Part shown: one piece after another, positions 25,336 through 39,280 of the stretch
Layout of the letters: every line of letters starts with the position of its first letter
How positions within the stretch are numbered: the stretch's first letter is position 1
Assembly (NCBI RefSeq): GCF_036321535.1
Contig: NC_087437.1
Coordinates: forward strand, 87,112,001-87,176,000
From: Camelus dromedarius
Taxonomy: Eukaryota
DNA length: 64,000 nucleotides
Direction: 5' to 3'
Made by a program: the position numbers and the translations under genes
The notes under the pieces: generated by a model
What the model was told of the DNA's origin: nothing
The model's database searches: none
The model's input: the letters and a program-made list of their open reading frames with translations, nothing else

Positions 25336-28300
25336 CCCATTTATACCGATTAAGGCAATGATGCTTCTAATCATCGCTTTCTGCAAAGGAAACTTTATAA
25401 ACTATTTAACTGCTTAATTCTTTTCCAGAGTGGAGATAATAAAATTTAAACATTTATTGATACCTCAAGGGTACAACTGTAAATATATCTACTTGCATTA
25501 TGCTTTTTGCATAAAGTTCTGGGATGCACTCAGGACTTACTCAGGCGTAGAAGGCTGTGGGCCCACAGTGGCCCTGGACCAAGGTAACTTCAATACATGT
25601 GTTATCATATCCCGTCTGGCTTTTGTCCTGTTTCCTGGCTGCCAAGGTACTCATTATATGTAACTCTTTTCCCCTTTGTTAACTTTTAGACTTTCATCTT
25701 CTAGCAGCTCTGAAACCAAATGAATCAGCATGTTATAAACATGTGTGTCAAGTAGGGTAGGTTCTGACTGGCGTCTCAGTGTCACTGCAAGAATAAAGAA
25801 CTTCACTATAGGAACTTAAGGCACACCTAGAAGAGATATGTGCTAACCTGGATTTCCAGCTGAATAATTAGAAAAGATATTTCTTACAAAATTATTTGGG
25901 AAAAATGCATCTTTCTTGGAAAATACATTAGGCTATTATGGCCTAATGTTACAAACACAACTGTTAATCTAAAAACACTATAGGAATATATGAGTGATTG
26001 AATGTATGAAATCTTACAGAAAATGTAAAGTTTCCATCTAGTCTACTTGCAAAGCCAGTGTAGTTTTAGAAAAATGTTTTGAACGTGCCAAAAGCTTTCT
26101 GCAGAAGTATAGAATATCCTCAGAGGATTCCCAGAATATCTTCACTGACTTTTTCAGACATAGAATCTACCAGATTACAGAATATTTTTTCTTATCATTG
26201 TAATCATCTAAGAAGCAGTACATAATCATGCCCCTTAACTGACCAGCAATGAACAGTAACAAATAAAATGCAATTATTAAGTTACTACCCTTCAAATCTT
26301 TACATTTTAAGAGAGATATTCCAATATGTTTAATTTCAGGTGTAGGTAACTTGAAAATTTCCAAATTTCTTTTCAGCCTCTAGGTGTATTTTTAAAAAGA
26401 AATCCATTGATATGTTTTTAAAAATTTTGTATTTTGCTTTGAATTTAGGAAAATAATCTCAGAAATCAAAGAAGTCTTTGTATTGTGTATAAGAAATGAA
26501 GCAACAGTTTTCACTGTCTATTATTTTTTAACATTTAAAAGAGTATTTAGAATGTATGGGCTTTATAAGGGTGTTTGTATCTTTAAAAAAAACTAAGGGC
26601 TATTTCTACCCTTCTTTCTTCTTTAGAAATGAAGGTAATTACATTCCTGTTATTTCCTCTTTGCAGTGATTTTTTTTTAAAGGATGTTAAATAATATTTA
26701 AAGATGAACTGATGTGAGGCAAACTATATGTTAACTAATACATAGAATTTATGATTTTATTGCTAATTATTCCTACTTAACTTCCCATAAAGGTCTGAGT
26801 ATTTTATTTTTCTAGTCAACCAGTAAGGTTAATCAGTCAAATATTTATATTATGTCTCTATTTTATACAGCTTAATTTTGACTATTTTTTACAGAACATG
26901 ATTTGTATAGGAAAGAAAGATGCTGTCTCTACAATAACAAGAAGAAAGGACATAAGAGGTGTTTAAGTGTGTGCGCTCCCACGTCCACCGTGTGTGCCTA
27001 CATTCAAGGGAGTCACCCACATTCTCCTACTGTTTCATTTTTTCCTGTTAAATATTGATACAGTGCCTATGTTAATAAAGAAGCAAAAATCTTAGTAAGT
27101 AAAAAAGCCATCAATATTCCCACAAAAGATGCATCTATTGTATACAGATTTTGAACTAAGCTCTGAAAAGGTTTTATAAAGGAGCAAGAAAGCACAGCTG
27201 CTAATCTTAGAAAGGTTATAAACTATAACAACAACGAAGTTTACTTTACTAAGTAGTATCATATTTACTGTCAGTATTTTAGTGCTATATGTTATGGTAC
27301 TCTTCTAATTCTGACTCTCAAAAAAATATTCTAGGTCAAGACATACAGAAAACAAACTTACAGATATCAGATAATATAACAAAGTGATAAAAGCAAGAGT
27401 TAAATATATAAAATCAAGTGACATCATCTCATGCTAAAGAATCTCACTGGATCTTCTGTGATGAATTAAGATGTATATCAAGTTGTGTAAAATAAATGTA
27501 ATCCCACCAACCCCGCTGGGTAAATCTAAGGTTTATTCCTGGACTAGGAATGTACAGAAACCATCTTCCTCAAAGAGAGCTGACAATTCTGCTGCAAAGC
27601 TGACCCTTGTCTGGAGTTTACAGCATGAGCTTGGCTCTTGGCCAATATGAACAATGTTTAAATTTCTTTATGGCAGCTCAATGAGCTTTCAAACGTTCAT
27701 CTGCTTTACCTACTGTGCTTAATAAAAATCAAGCCAATGCATTTTCTCATTTCCTTTTCATCACTAATAAGAGCAACCATCAACTTTATGAAGGATATAG
27801 TCTTTTACTTTCGGGTTTCTTTTCCCAGTAGCTCGGCACTGAAGCACTAACAGAACACCGTCGTCCCACCCATCATCATTACACAGATCTGGATATAAAG
27901 CAGTGTCTATCTTGTCACTAAAATGCAAAAACTAGAAACAGTAAAAGCCCCTGGGAATTACATCTGTTCTTGAACATCGGTATTTTAAAAGAGTTTTACT
28001 GTATTAATGAAACAGTTGCTTTATAGAAGGCTTTATAGTTTGGAAAGCTTAAGTTGTAATAGCAACACAAAACTTTGTAATGTATAACACCAATAACATT
28101 TTCAAAGAGAAATTAGTTTCTTATATAAAACAACCTGATTAGTAATTCAGGAAGGATGTCCCTTTTAGACCACATTTATTTACCTAAAAAAGTGTAAAGA
28201 TTTATTAGTATGTGCTTCTCTTAAAAATTTTGGAAATTATGTATTTTTTAACTTATTTTGTATGCTTCCTCATTCTAACAGCAATACAAAGAAATATAAG

Positions 28301-29144
28301 AATGTATGTATAAGTCCAACACTAACTGAAGTTCATTTTGATTTTTTTATTCCATACTTCACCTGTCTTATTTTTTTTAGAAATAAAGATGTTTAAGTAC
28401 ACTTACATATATTATAACAAATATGTATATAAGTTAAGTTTATAGTGCTAATGTATATGAACATGTAACATGCATATATATCTGTACATGCATACCTGTA
28501 TGCATATGACATATATGCATGCTATATATGTCTCCATACATGTAAATCCACATGCATACAGGCATATATGTTTACATATGGGTGAAAATGTTTTATATAT
28601 ATTATATATCAGTGTTTATGAGCTTTGAAAAAACCCATTATGTGTAGCAGATATGTCAGTCATCTCCATAATTCATTCCCAATCTGCCACTTGGAGATCT
28701 GTCAGGCTAATAATGAAGCATATTGTGCAAGCATACACACTGGGCACATAGCGAGTGTTCTGTGAGCCCTGGTTCCACACTCGCCATCATCTCCTATCAA
28801 TCATGTCCTCAGCAACAGCAGGGGCAATGCAAATAGAAGCCGAGGTAATTAGAGGCGTGACTCAGTTCCACATGCCCAGAAAAATAAAGGCCAGAGATAT
28901 CCTGTTAAAATATTTTTGCATTATAGTCTTACCCCATCCTACACTGGAGAAAGAGGAAAGTGTTATATTAATGACTATGAAGTTCTTCCCTTTTTAAATA
29001 ACTATGATCAAGCTTTTTTTCTCAAATCCAATAACCAAATTCTCCAGACATCTCTTTGGCAGCAAGAACTTGCAAATTTTCACATTACGGTGCCATGCAA
29101 AATATCGTGAAAAGAAAACTATTAGCTTACTATATTATAAAAAG

Positions 29145-29335
29145 GATTGGGTTTCAGAATTAAGACAGACCGAATTTACATCCTGGCATTGTGACACAGG
29201 GCACATTAGTGAATTCTCTTAGCCCTGCCCTGGTAAAATACAGCTAATAATATTTACCTTGTAGGGCTTTTGTTGAGAATTAAATGATATGTTAATCACT
29301 GTATACATACTAGGCAATCAATAAATGGCAATTCA
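29145..29335 (+). mobile_element. MIR SINE
   Basis: agacagaccgaatttacatcctggc...gtagggcttttgttgagaattaaatga...taggcaatcaataaatgg. Confidence 0.75.
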
Positions 29336-29849
29336 AATGTATTTATGATTTACACTTGAGGCAGGGTACCCACAATTCAAGATGGAATCGATTACCATAA
29401 AATACTTTCTTAAAGGTGAAGAGTAGAGTGTAAAGGGAATATAAAAAAGTAAAATTGTGAGTTGGGTATCAAAAAGGCATGTAGAGAGGATGCAGCCGTT
29501 TGCAGGGTGTAGGCAGACACATAATTCTGTGTCCTTCCTCAGGGAATGCAAACAAGAAATCAGAACCATGACGTGGATCAGTTTCCAAAAGTGAAAATAA
29601 GCCAGTAGCCTGAGGAACACAAACACTTCTGGCACTGGAGCCAGAAGTCAATGTGAGGGCTCCCAGAGAGAGGACACAGTGAAAAGTATTGAATAACATC
29701 CTCAAAAGCATTCTTGCAGTTACTCCAGCCCTGAGCTGTAACAGGCTGTTTCTGAAAACACGGGCTAGTAGGCTTCAGGTTCCTTCCTGACCCTGGTTCT
29801 CTACAGGAGGGTGACAGAGGGAACACTGGTCACACAACGGTGCTCTGCT

Positions 29850-30030
29850 CGCAAAGCCCAGTTTCTCCACTTACTGTGTGTGACACTGGACAACTGTTCG
29901 ATTTCTCCAAGCCTCCAGCTTCCTCTCTTGCGAAATGGGGACATGATAGTGCCTCTTCATGGGTCGCTGGGAGGATTAAATAAAGTGCCAGGCTCGGTTA
30001 CATGCCCGAGGACAGAAATGGCTGTTTTTA
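29850..30030 (+). mobile_element. MIR SINE
   Basis: ccacttactgtgtgtgacactggacaa...aaatggggacatgatagtgcctcttcatgggtcgctgggaggattaaat. Confidence 0.8.
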
Positions 30031-30634
30031 AAAGAAACAGCTGATGTGGAGGTCCTCCTCTAATTTTCAAATAAGGAACACTCCTAGAACTAGAACCATA
30101 GGAACTTTTTATACAAAGGCTATTAATACAGTATGTCCTGTGGTATAACCACATTTACCTGTCATCTTTGCACTAGTATCACATTACAGGAAAGAGGGAG
30201 TCAAATGTCAGATTTGATTTCATGTCAGCACGGCAGAGTATCCTAAAAGGAAACTAACTCCGGAGCAGCTGTCTGAACCTTTTGCATAAGAAAATTCCCT
30301 CAGCCTCCAAAGCCTTTCTCCTTGATATCTCTGTTATCGCTCTGTTCACATTCTCAGTTCTTGCACTACCAAATCCTAGCCACTGAATGTCAGTCACTTT
30401 TTCCAGCTCTGTGCAAGCAACATTCATTTCCTGTTTTTAAATATCCACCTTCACACATGAAGATGCCTGAAATCTTTATTCTTTCTCCCAGACAAAGAAT
30501 CTTCATTTTGTTTTTCTTTTTGTGTAAGTGTCATTTTCCAGTTATCTAAGTAGTTAGTAAGACTTTGTGTACCTTCAAAAGTTACATAAGTTTCTAAGTA
30601 AATCCCAGAAAGGATGAGTCCTGAAGTACAGTCG

Positions 30635-30960
30635 CAAGACGCTTGAGCTTGGGTTCCATTTTAGGCTCAGCTAATGTGTGATCTAAACTTTTAGCTTTAA
30701 TTTACATCTCTGTAAAAGGAGGGGTTATTCTAGACCAGGTTTTCTCAGTCATGACATGGTTTGCCTGGGTAATTCTTTGTTGGAGAGGCTGCTCTGTGCA
30801 TTACAGGATATTTAGCAACATCTCTGGTCTCTAAGCACTAGATGCCACTCCACCCCCAGCTGTGACAACCAAAAATGTCTTCAGATATTGACAAATGTCC
30901 CCTGAGGGCAAAATCACCTGAGTTGAGACTATTAGTCTAGGCTTTAAAATTCTATGAGTG
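30635..30960 (+). mobile_element. MIR3-like SINE interrupted by MER20
   Basis: catctctgtaaaaggaggggttattctaga [MER20] ...ctttaaaattctatga, matching the MIR3 3' end. Confidence 0.6.
30736..30934 (-). mobile_element. MER20 (hAT-Charlie non-autonomous DNA transposon), near full length
   Basis: cactagatgcca...tgtgacaaccaaaaatgtcttcagatattgacaaatgtcccctgagggcaaaatcacc. Degenerate 8-bp TSD ttctagac / gtctaggc. Confidence 0.92.
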
Positions 30961-31009
30961 TGACACTGAAAGAATCTGTACTGGTATTTGGTTTCTTGAT
31001 ATTTCCATT

Positions 31010-31125
31010 AACATACAAGTTCCTTGAGGGCAGGGACATTTTTCTGTTTGGTTCAGTGCCACATTTCCAGTGGACACTTAGCGTAGTAGGCACACAAATT
31101 TTTGTTGGCAGAAATGAATAAATGA
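31010..31125 (+). mobile_element. L2 3' end
   Basis: aagttccttgagggcagggac...cttagcgtagtaggcacacaaatttttgttggcagaaatgaataaatga. Confidence 0.8.
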
Positions 31126-34100
31126 TGGAATCTCTAACTCTATCAAGATTGAAATCTCTCCATTTATTACATCTTAGCAGCACATTTTGATGGGCCCTGA
31201 AACAATATTCATCTTTCATGCTTACACCACTTTTAGTTCCTTTTAAATATTGCCTTGCCTCCTTTTAACACAAATTTAGTTCATATACCCTTTAGAACCC
31301 AAGATACTTGGGAGCAAGAATTGTATTGTCCTTCCTCCCAATTCGGCACATTAATGAGCTCTGTACACCACAGAACCTTTACCTGTGCTAAATCAGATTG
31401 AGATATTTTGTATCTCCTCAATACAGCAGCATGAGATAGACAGCAAATGGATCCAGATTTCTGAAATATTTTCTTCTCTAATAATCACCAGAGAAGCAAA
31501 ATTGTTTCTTTCCAACCATTTATATACACAGATTTGTTCTGAGCTTCATAAAACTCTGCATGTTCTTTATGCATTAATTCAAGGATGGTATTCTCCCATT
31601 CCATAGCATATGCTTTCTCTTCTCTTGTTGAAAGTGAGTCTTCATGTCAAAATGTAGCAGCTGTTCTCAATTAAAGCTTCCACTTTTAACCTCTTGTGGC
31701 TTTGTAACTGACCACTGAACAGAGAGTTCAGGAATATTTTACATTCAGTCTTTTGCTATTAGAAGCCATTCTTACTTCTTATTTGGTTTTTTAATACAAA
31801 AAGTCTGTAACTGATCATATGATGATTATGAGTTTCATGATTTCAACACCGCCTTGGGATTCCTGGGTCTCCTCTCAACCAACAAATCTGTGATTAGATG
31901 TCCACATTGTGACTCTGTTTCTAAAGGACAAATGACACCTACACATCTCAGAGGACTACGGGAACACTGGTAGATAATAACATGACCAAAGTTTACATAT
32001 TATATATATATATATATAAACGATCATAGATTCTATTCTATACAGAGGCATCCATAAGTGATTTTAGAGTTATCTGCCAACAGGATGTCCTGCCCACATC
32101 CTGGAAGATGAGAAGCTACAACAGCAGAGTATACATGCTTCTTTCTAGTCATGTGATTCTTTCCAAATGGCTCTGACTCTGGGAGCACTTTCATCAAATA
32201 TTAGCAAAACGCATATTTCTCTCTACAATTGCTCTCTATTAAGTTTAGTGTCAGCTGTCAGAGCTGTAATGTAAACCCTTATTAGCTCTTGTAAATTCTA
32301 CTCTGGAACTAATAAGGGATTGTTAAAACTCCAAACACAGACAGAAGTAGGGGGAGAAATCACAGAGAAGATGACGGAAGGTGTTCAGTGAATCTATATC
32401 AGCAAAGCAGGCTTTTCATAACAATTACTGCTGCACTTCACAGAATCTGTGTATCCCAAGAGGGAGAGAAGGATCTAGTTCTCAGTTTATTTTACAGAGG
32501 GCTTGATTCTCTTTCCTCTGGGAGGGGTTGACTAAAAACTATGAAAGAAATTAGAAAAGTTAATTAGATTTCAATAATTTCTTTTTAGAATCGTTACATG
32601 CATTCTGAAAAAATTACATTGCCTCCCTCAGATTTTAAAATACAGAAGTTTTGATGATATCTGGACAGCTAGAAAGAAAAAGTATAAATCTGAAAAATTA
32701 AAGATGCATATTCTTTACAAAAGCCATATATTATATAATACCTAAGCTTTAAATATTTTGTTTTACACAATGGCATGCAGCAAATCAGAACCAAAGAAGG
32801 CTGTCTCTGTAAACCCCAAAGAAACCTAAGTTAAAGAAATGAAATTTTTAAGACTTCCTTTAGGGTTCAGCTATGCATGATGATAAATTATGGTGGCAGA
32901 TCCACAAGGTACTTGACAAGGTGATATTTATTAAGATGCCAAAATAAATATAGATTTTATTTATTCCAAGTAAACAATATTCTACCTCTTACAGATGTGG
33001 CTTTTTCTTAAAAAATTCTAATCACTTTTTAAAATGAGTTTACATTTAACAGGTATTTTGTGAGTAGTATACAAAACAATGTTCTGATTGTCCTTTAAAA
33101 ATGAGACTGAAAAATGCAAAAACAGAAATAACCTCTTTCAAGGAATATCAGAGCTATTTTCCTTTCTGCAACTGAAATTATTTTTTCCATGTCTCAGATT
33201 CCCAGAGTGAACTCTGTCCTGGGAAGCTTACTCCGTATTTGTCACAGACAGATTCTCAAACAAACTACTCAATGAACAAATTACTTGTGTTCCCTAAAGA
33301 CTATACATCTGGCATATAGGTGTCACCTAAATTATTACTTGCAGCTTTGTAACACTGGACCAGACAGAGTATCTGAAAGTTCACAGAACTTATCACAGTT
33401 TAAAAAAAAAAAAGCAAGAAAGAAAGAAAAGAATTTTATATCCTAAAAACAAATATTCTTCAGCTATTTGATAAGGGATGATCATGAATGTGGTTAGAAC
33501 CACAGGGAAATTCCTTAATTCTAACATAAAAATGGTCTTCCAGGTTAGGGTAAAGAGTAGTAAAATACTTATTGAGAGAAGAAGTGTCTTCCTGTTTAGC
33601 CCCCTTTTAACAATAGAATTGATATTTATAACTAAAGATCATTTATATAAGGTAAAAAAATCTATATTTTACTAAGACACTATAATTCTTACTTAGTTAT
33701 AATCTTCTGTGAGAATGTTAACAGCTATAAAACTGCCTGTGATTTTTAAGGTCTTTTATGGTGGTTCATTGCTGATCATTTAACTTGTTTTTATTCATTA
33801 TGAGGTATTTAAATTATTAGAAACGATTTCATTCTATTCCCTAAATTAAATGACAGTCATTTGCTTGCAATTAAATTGTCTCTGACTGCTCAAAATAATC
33901 TGATTTGTAGTATATATAAAACAAAGAATTCACATTTCTTTCTAGTATCTTAAACATGCAAATCTATGGTTTAAATTTATACTGTTTGTTTTTATACAGA
34001 CTAAAAAAATTAACTACAATACTTAAGTCACAAATCAAATACACTCCCTTATTTTTCCTTTTTCTCATTTGAAAGGAGTTTTTACTGAATTAGTTTAATT

Positions 34101-35029
34101 GGTGCACTGATATAATTTGATTGAAAGTTTCCAGTAACATCACTCAGTAATTCATGTAAGAACATTTGGCATTTACTTCATAAAATTTATACTGTTTTCT
34201 CCACTGCCTGTTTTTACTATTCGGGTAATTCTTAAGTGAACATAATAAATAGCTAAAATAAATCAAATGGATACAGTTTTTTTTTTTTTTCTATACAGAG
34301 TCAAGTATTAGCTTGACAAATATTTTTACTTACTTGATTACTTATTTATGATTTGCATGATTTCTTCAAGGCAAAACCACTATTTATTGTTATGTTCTCA
34401 CCAACTATCTAATCTAGTATTGTATACAATGATCTTAGTGCATAAAACAGTGGTAAAAAACTCTAGATTTAACATTTTTGAAATATAGCAATTTTATTTT
34501 ATTTTGCTATTGTCAATTGTTTGCTTGTTCCCTAAACTATATTTTCTTAAATTAGTTAAAATCAAAAAGTCTTTCTGGGTATACAATATAAAAATGACTG
34601 TGTGTACATTCAAGGCCAGCTTTTGAAAAATTAATGGAAAAGACCTGCACTAGAAAGAATAAGAGACTGAGTCAAACACCAGATGGGAAAAATCAAGAGT
34701 CACTAATGTTTAGAAGAAGAAAAAAGGGAAAGCAAAAGAACAAAGGAAATACCACCTATGATGGAACAGACTAGAGATTTAATGGAACAAAAACTAAAGT
34801 CCCCTCAGAAAATAAAAATCCTGTATGGAAGGAGGTAGACAACAAGTTAATGAATATTAAATATATATAAATTCATTTAAGACAGTTTCTCTTCCTCAAG
34901 GTATCTCTAAATTCTGATATTTAAGGTAAGAGAGACTGTTGAATGGGTGTTTGTCATACCCAAGTGTTTTAACACAGATTAAAACAAGAGAGCAAGGAAG
35001 GCTATACAATCCAATGACATCAATGAATG

Positions 35030-35250
35030 ACAATGATGATGATGTTCTAGTACCTTCTACCCCGTGCTGGATGCTCCAAAATGGGCGAAGCACACATTCA
35101 CTGGCGATTCTAAAGGGTAGATATTATTCCACCCCTTTTGTGGATGAGAAAATTGAGGCTCAAACTGTTTATCCACGATTGAGAAATATCATTTCTGGGA
35201 CTCGAGTCCAAGAACTAAAAACCTTGTCAGTGACAAGAGCCTTTGGCTAA
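35030..35250 (-). mobile_element. MIR SINE
   Basis: ggtagatattattccacccctttt gtggatgagaaaattgaggctca. Confidence 0.7.
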
Positions 35251-36726
35251 ATAGAACAATTAGATGCTAACTAAAGTTTAAGACAGATTCAAGGAAGTTT
35301 CCTCAATCATGTTAATGCTGCCATGGTTTCTGATAAAAATTGGTGAGAAGATGTAAAAAATTGTATAAATTAAAGATTTTATAGCTATTATAAAGCTGTC
35401 ATAGTATACCTACTTTATTTGAAAGCTATTTACATTATTACTTACTGGCATTTTTTTAATTCTAATAAATTCATTGGTTTGAAGTTATGGGTATGAAACT
35501 GTTAAAGGCAAACAGAATGGAGAGCTGTCATTTTAAACTCAGGGAAAATGAATAAAAATTTCAAAGATCAAGGTAAGAAGTCTGATCATCTCAGTGCAGT
35601 CGTTAAAGGATGAGTAAGTGCTTTAAGTACTAGGTGTGCAAAATAAAGGGACAAAATTATTTTAGCATCTTCATAAATAGATCTTTGCTGAACATAGGTG
35701 TGAAACTAGTGGCAACTCATTTTTGCAAGCCAGAAAAATAATATTCATCATAAATTCATAAAAGAGAAAAATATCCTCTCAGGTACTACATAAAGTATTG
35801 TTACTACTTTACTTTATTTATTTATTACTATAATGATAGTTCAGATGAATCTAGTCTTAATGTGTCACAACTGTATGTGACCTAATAGTCAAATGCATTC
35901 ACTTCGAATTAGATAAGAGGCACATCTTTATGTGCAAGACATTCTGAAAAACCCAGTTGATTCAAAGATATATAATATTAAGTATGTTCTCTCCAGAACA
36001 TACATTCTAAGAATGCATAGTTGGCATGAAATTTCCCAATAATTATTCATTAATGGAGAACTTCCTCAATTGTACTCTGCTAGGTTGTAGGCAAAACATC
36101 CTTAAAAAAAAAAAGATATGATCCCTCCCCTCAAGGAACTTCCAGTCTGAAAACAACTGTAAAGAAATGCTTCTGAATTCATTAAAACATATGGATACTT
36201 TGCACTTCTGGAAGGTACACACAGACTAAGTAAGTAATAACAAACTTACTTTTCAATTTTCTCTAGCTTCTCGGTCAGAACAAGCAGAATCTTTAAATCA
36301 TTTTGTTATTGAAAGCTTGACCAGTTCTTTAAGAGACTTGAAACTGACAGTGAAATGAGTGAAGAGGCAGAGTCGGTAGGTAAAACAAACATAATTACAG
36401 ACAGTCATCAAAAAGTCTAGATGTCCTCAAACCTCACATCAAACACACTTTTCTACTCAGCTACTAATGTACAAGAAGGAGGAATAAAGTTAGCATTCCA
36501 CAATGAACGCACACAGATAAAACACAGAGCAACAGATTCTTCAGTGACATTAATAAGGTATTTGGTACATTAAGTCTAAACAGTTTGTAGGACAAAGAAT
36601 ATTTATAGTAACTGCCTGGTATCTGCCTCAAATGTAATTAATTGACTATATAAAAAGCCATGAACATTCTCATTTTTTCTCTCCAAACTAAATCAAAACA
36701 GATAACATAATTCATTAGCCAGGATT

Positions 36727-36730
<4 letters not shown>

Positions 36731-36820
<90 letters not shown>
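36731..36820. repeat. Perfect (TA)45 microsatellite
   Basis: 90 bp of uninterrupted TA. Confidence 0.97.
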
Positions 36821-36823
<3 letters not shown>

Positions 36824-38559
36824 ATCACGAGGATCCCTTGGTATTTATGTGAAATTTCTCCACACCTGCAATTGTAAAAAGTGAAAAGTATTATCCTGGG
36901 ATGTAAGAACTATGAAGGATTTCTCAAGTGAAATGAACCAAGTAAATCTTGATTGTCAATGACTGAAAGCAACAAAGATGATTGAGGCCTATAATTTTAA
37001 TTTTCAATGTTGCCTTGTTAAAAAAGAGGTTTATTGACATCCTATAATAACAATCGAACCCTGTAATTTGACCATACTCCCAACATTCAGCAAGCTTGCC
37101 CAAATCTCAGGAACATGGCCCAAATAAGGTTTAAGCCACACATGTGGTAAATTAAGAGAGATACCACAAGAGATAACTTATTTAAAGAAAGGCCATATTT
37201 TAAAATTATATATTAGAGAAACTGCTAGAAAACCAAGTGGATGCATGATCTCTTCCTTTCCTTACTAATCTTTACATTATTCCTCAGTTTAAGTTCGTGT
37301 AGTTTTTTTTTAATGCGCATTTCTACTTTACCAATTTCATCATAACAAGTACTCTCTACCCTCCTGGAGGTACATTTGTCTGTATTTCCGGTTTACTTGC
37401 CATGCAGTTCCTGAATGACTCTTTAGCTATTAGTACTTCTTCCACTCTTCACTTATTCCCTCCTTCTAGTCAGTCCTTGAAGGAAAAAGGTGTGCCATTT
37501 TCTACTCCTAGCTTTCCTGTCTTCAGTCTTCCCCAGCAAAGTAAAGGAAGACCAGCAACATAAAGCATCTTATTGCAGAACATTTTATTTTCCCATCAAT
37601 CATATCCTCCCATATGAATACTTCCTTCCTCATCATACTAATACCTTATTTTTCAGTTTAAACTATTGACTTAGCTCTGTTTAACAATTCACTTAGAAAT
37701 ATATGTCCCTTTGGAGGCAGAGAATGAGACATTTTAAAACATACATACACATACACACACTCATATTTTTTAACTATAAACCAAACTAACTTAACAGTGA
37801 TAATGTCCATCTTTCTTTTTCTAGTGTCCTCTGCAGAATCTGACACATAGTAGAGGCTCAATAAATGCTTAATAATTGAATAAATGGTCAAAGCATAATT
37901 TTCCACTACTTTTTCTCATTTCAGGAAAAGTGGACAGTTGTAAAAGTTTGCATCAAATACAAGAAAAGTATAATGATCTGGTTAAAATTCTGGCCCTGTG
38001 ATAACTAATCTTGATTTTATGTATAGTTCTGAAATTGATGGATGAGTTTTTTTACAACAAAATTTTTTATCAATATATGTTTCCCATCAAACAGAGACTG
38101 CTTCAATTTCATCATTTACTTCACTGAACTTTATCCCACATATCCATCTAGAGTAGAATAGATAAGTCAGAATATTTCATTACTAAAGTCAGAAAATGAC
38201 CTATTTATGAAATTTAGATTCCCTAGAAGGCCTTCCTGTGGAGCAAGCCCAGGACACAAAATTTTAATGGGACTTCTACACATTTTGAGATTTTTCATAT
38301 AATGATTTAATAAACAAATTATAAACCACACCTTCTGGAATGTATAAGCTGTGTAAGGCAGTTAGTTCTTTCTCCCTACTTCAAACGTTTCTAAGCACGA
38401 TAGTGGTAAGTTCAAACTCTCAATGCAGAGGTTTCTCATTATTAATGAACAATTTCCATTCTTAATTTTGAAATACTCAAAATTTATCTCTCCTTCCCCT
38501 ACACTGCCAAGGCAGTTTGTACCCTGGTAGATGATTTATTGGTCTGTCTTGCATTAAAA

Positions 38560-38700
38560 TTATACATTTATTTACCTGTCTTTCATACTAGACTGTGAGC
38601 TCCTCGAAGGTAGATACACTGACTTATTCATCTGTTTCCCCTGAGACTGCTACATTATTACTTAGAACTCATAGATGGTTGAAAATACTGAATTAAATTT
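38560..38700 (+). mobile_element. L2 3' end
   Basis: actagactgtgagctcctcgaaggtagatacactgacttattcatctgtttcccc. Confidence 0.75.
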
Positions 38701-39034
38701 GGTAGACTTTCTGGCGTATCTAAGATGCCTAACAATCCATATATCAAGATTTTGTTAGACATCGCTTGGGCTAAGCTTCGTCTTCGTAAAATACAACATC
38801 TAGGCTACTGATTCTTCTTTCTGAAAAATCTAAAAATAGAAAGATGTGAGAAATAAACTGAAACAGATAAACCTTACATCAACAAATTCTTGGTAACTTT
38901 ATGCCAGCTCTCTGTGGTCCTACTCACACTTCGTTGTACAGAATTCTACCTCCAGTAGAATCTGTGTACTTGTGGGGCTTCCTGGTCTCTCCCACCACTG
39001 GACTGAATCACAGGGAAGAAGTGTAGCTTGAGGT

Positions 39035-39280
39035 TACAACTGCAACCCTCAGAATCAGACTGCCTGGTTCCAGAGCTCAACTCCAGCTCTTACTCACTAA
39101 GGGATCCTTATAAGGCAAGATATCTAACCTATCAAAGCTTTCTTTTTCTTATTTAAAAAAATGGAGATAATAATAGGACACACTTACAGGTTATTTGGAG
39201 GGATAAACCAAATACCTCACGGACATTTCTTAGCAAATCAGCACGGTGTCTGGCATCTAATAAGTGCTTAGTGAATGTTT
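39035..39280 (+). mobile_element. MIR SINE
   Basis: gaatcagactgcctggttcc...aaaatggagataataatagg...gcacggtgtctggcatctaataagtgcttagtgaatgtt. Confidence 0.85.

Noticed and set aside
28430..28610. TATG/CATG-rich quasi-palindromic stretch
   Set aside because: A degenerate low-complexity (TA/CA/TG) repeat with no defined unit or structure.
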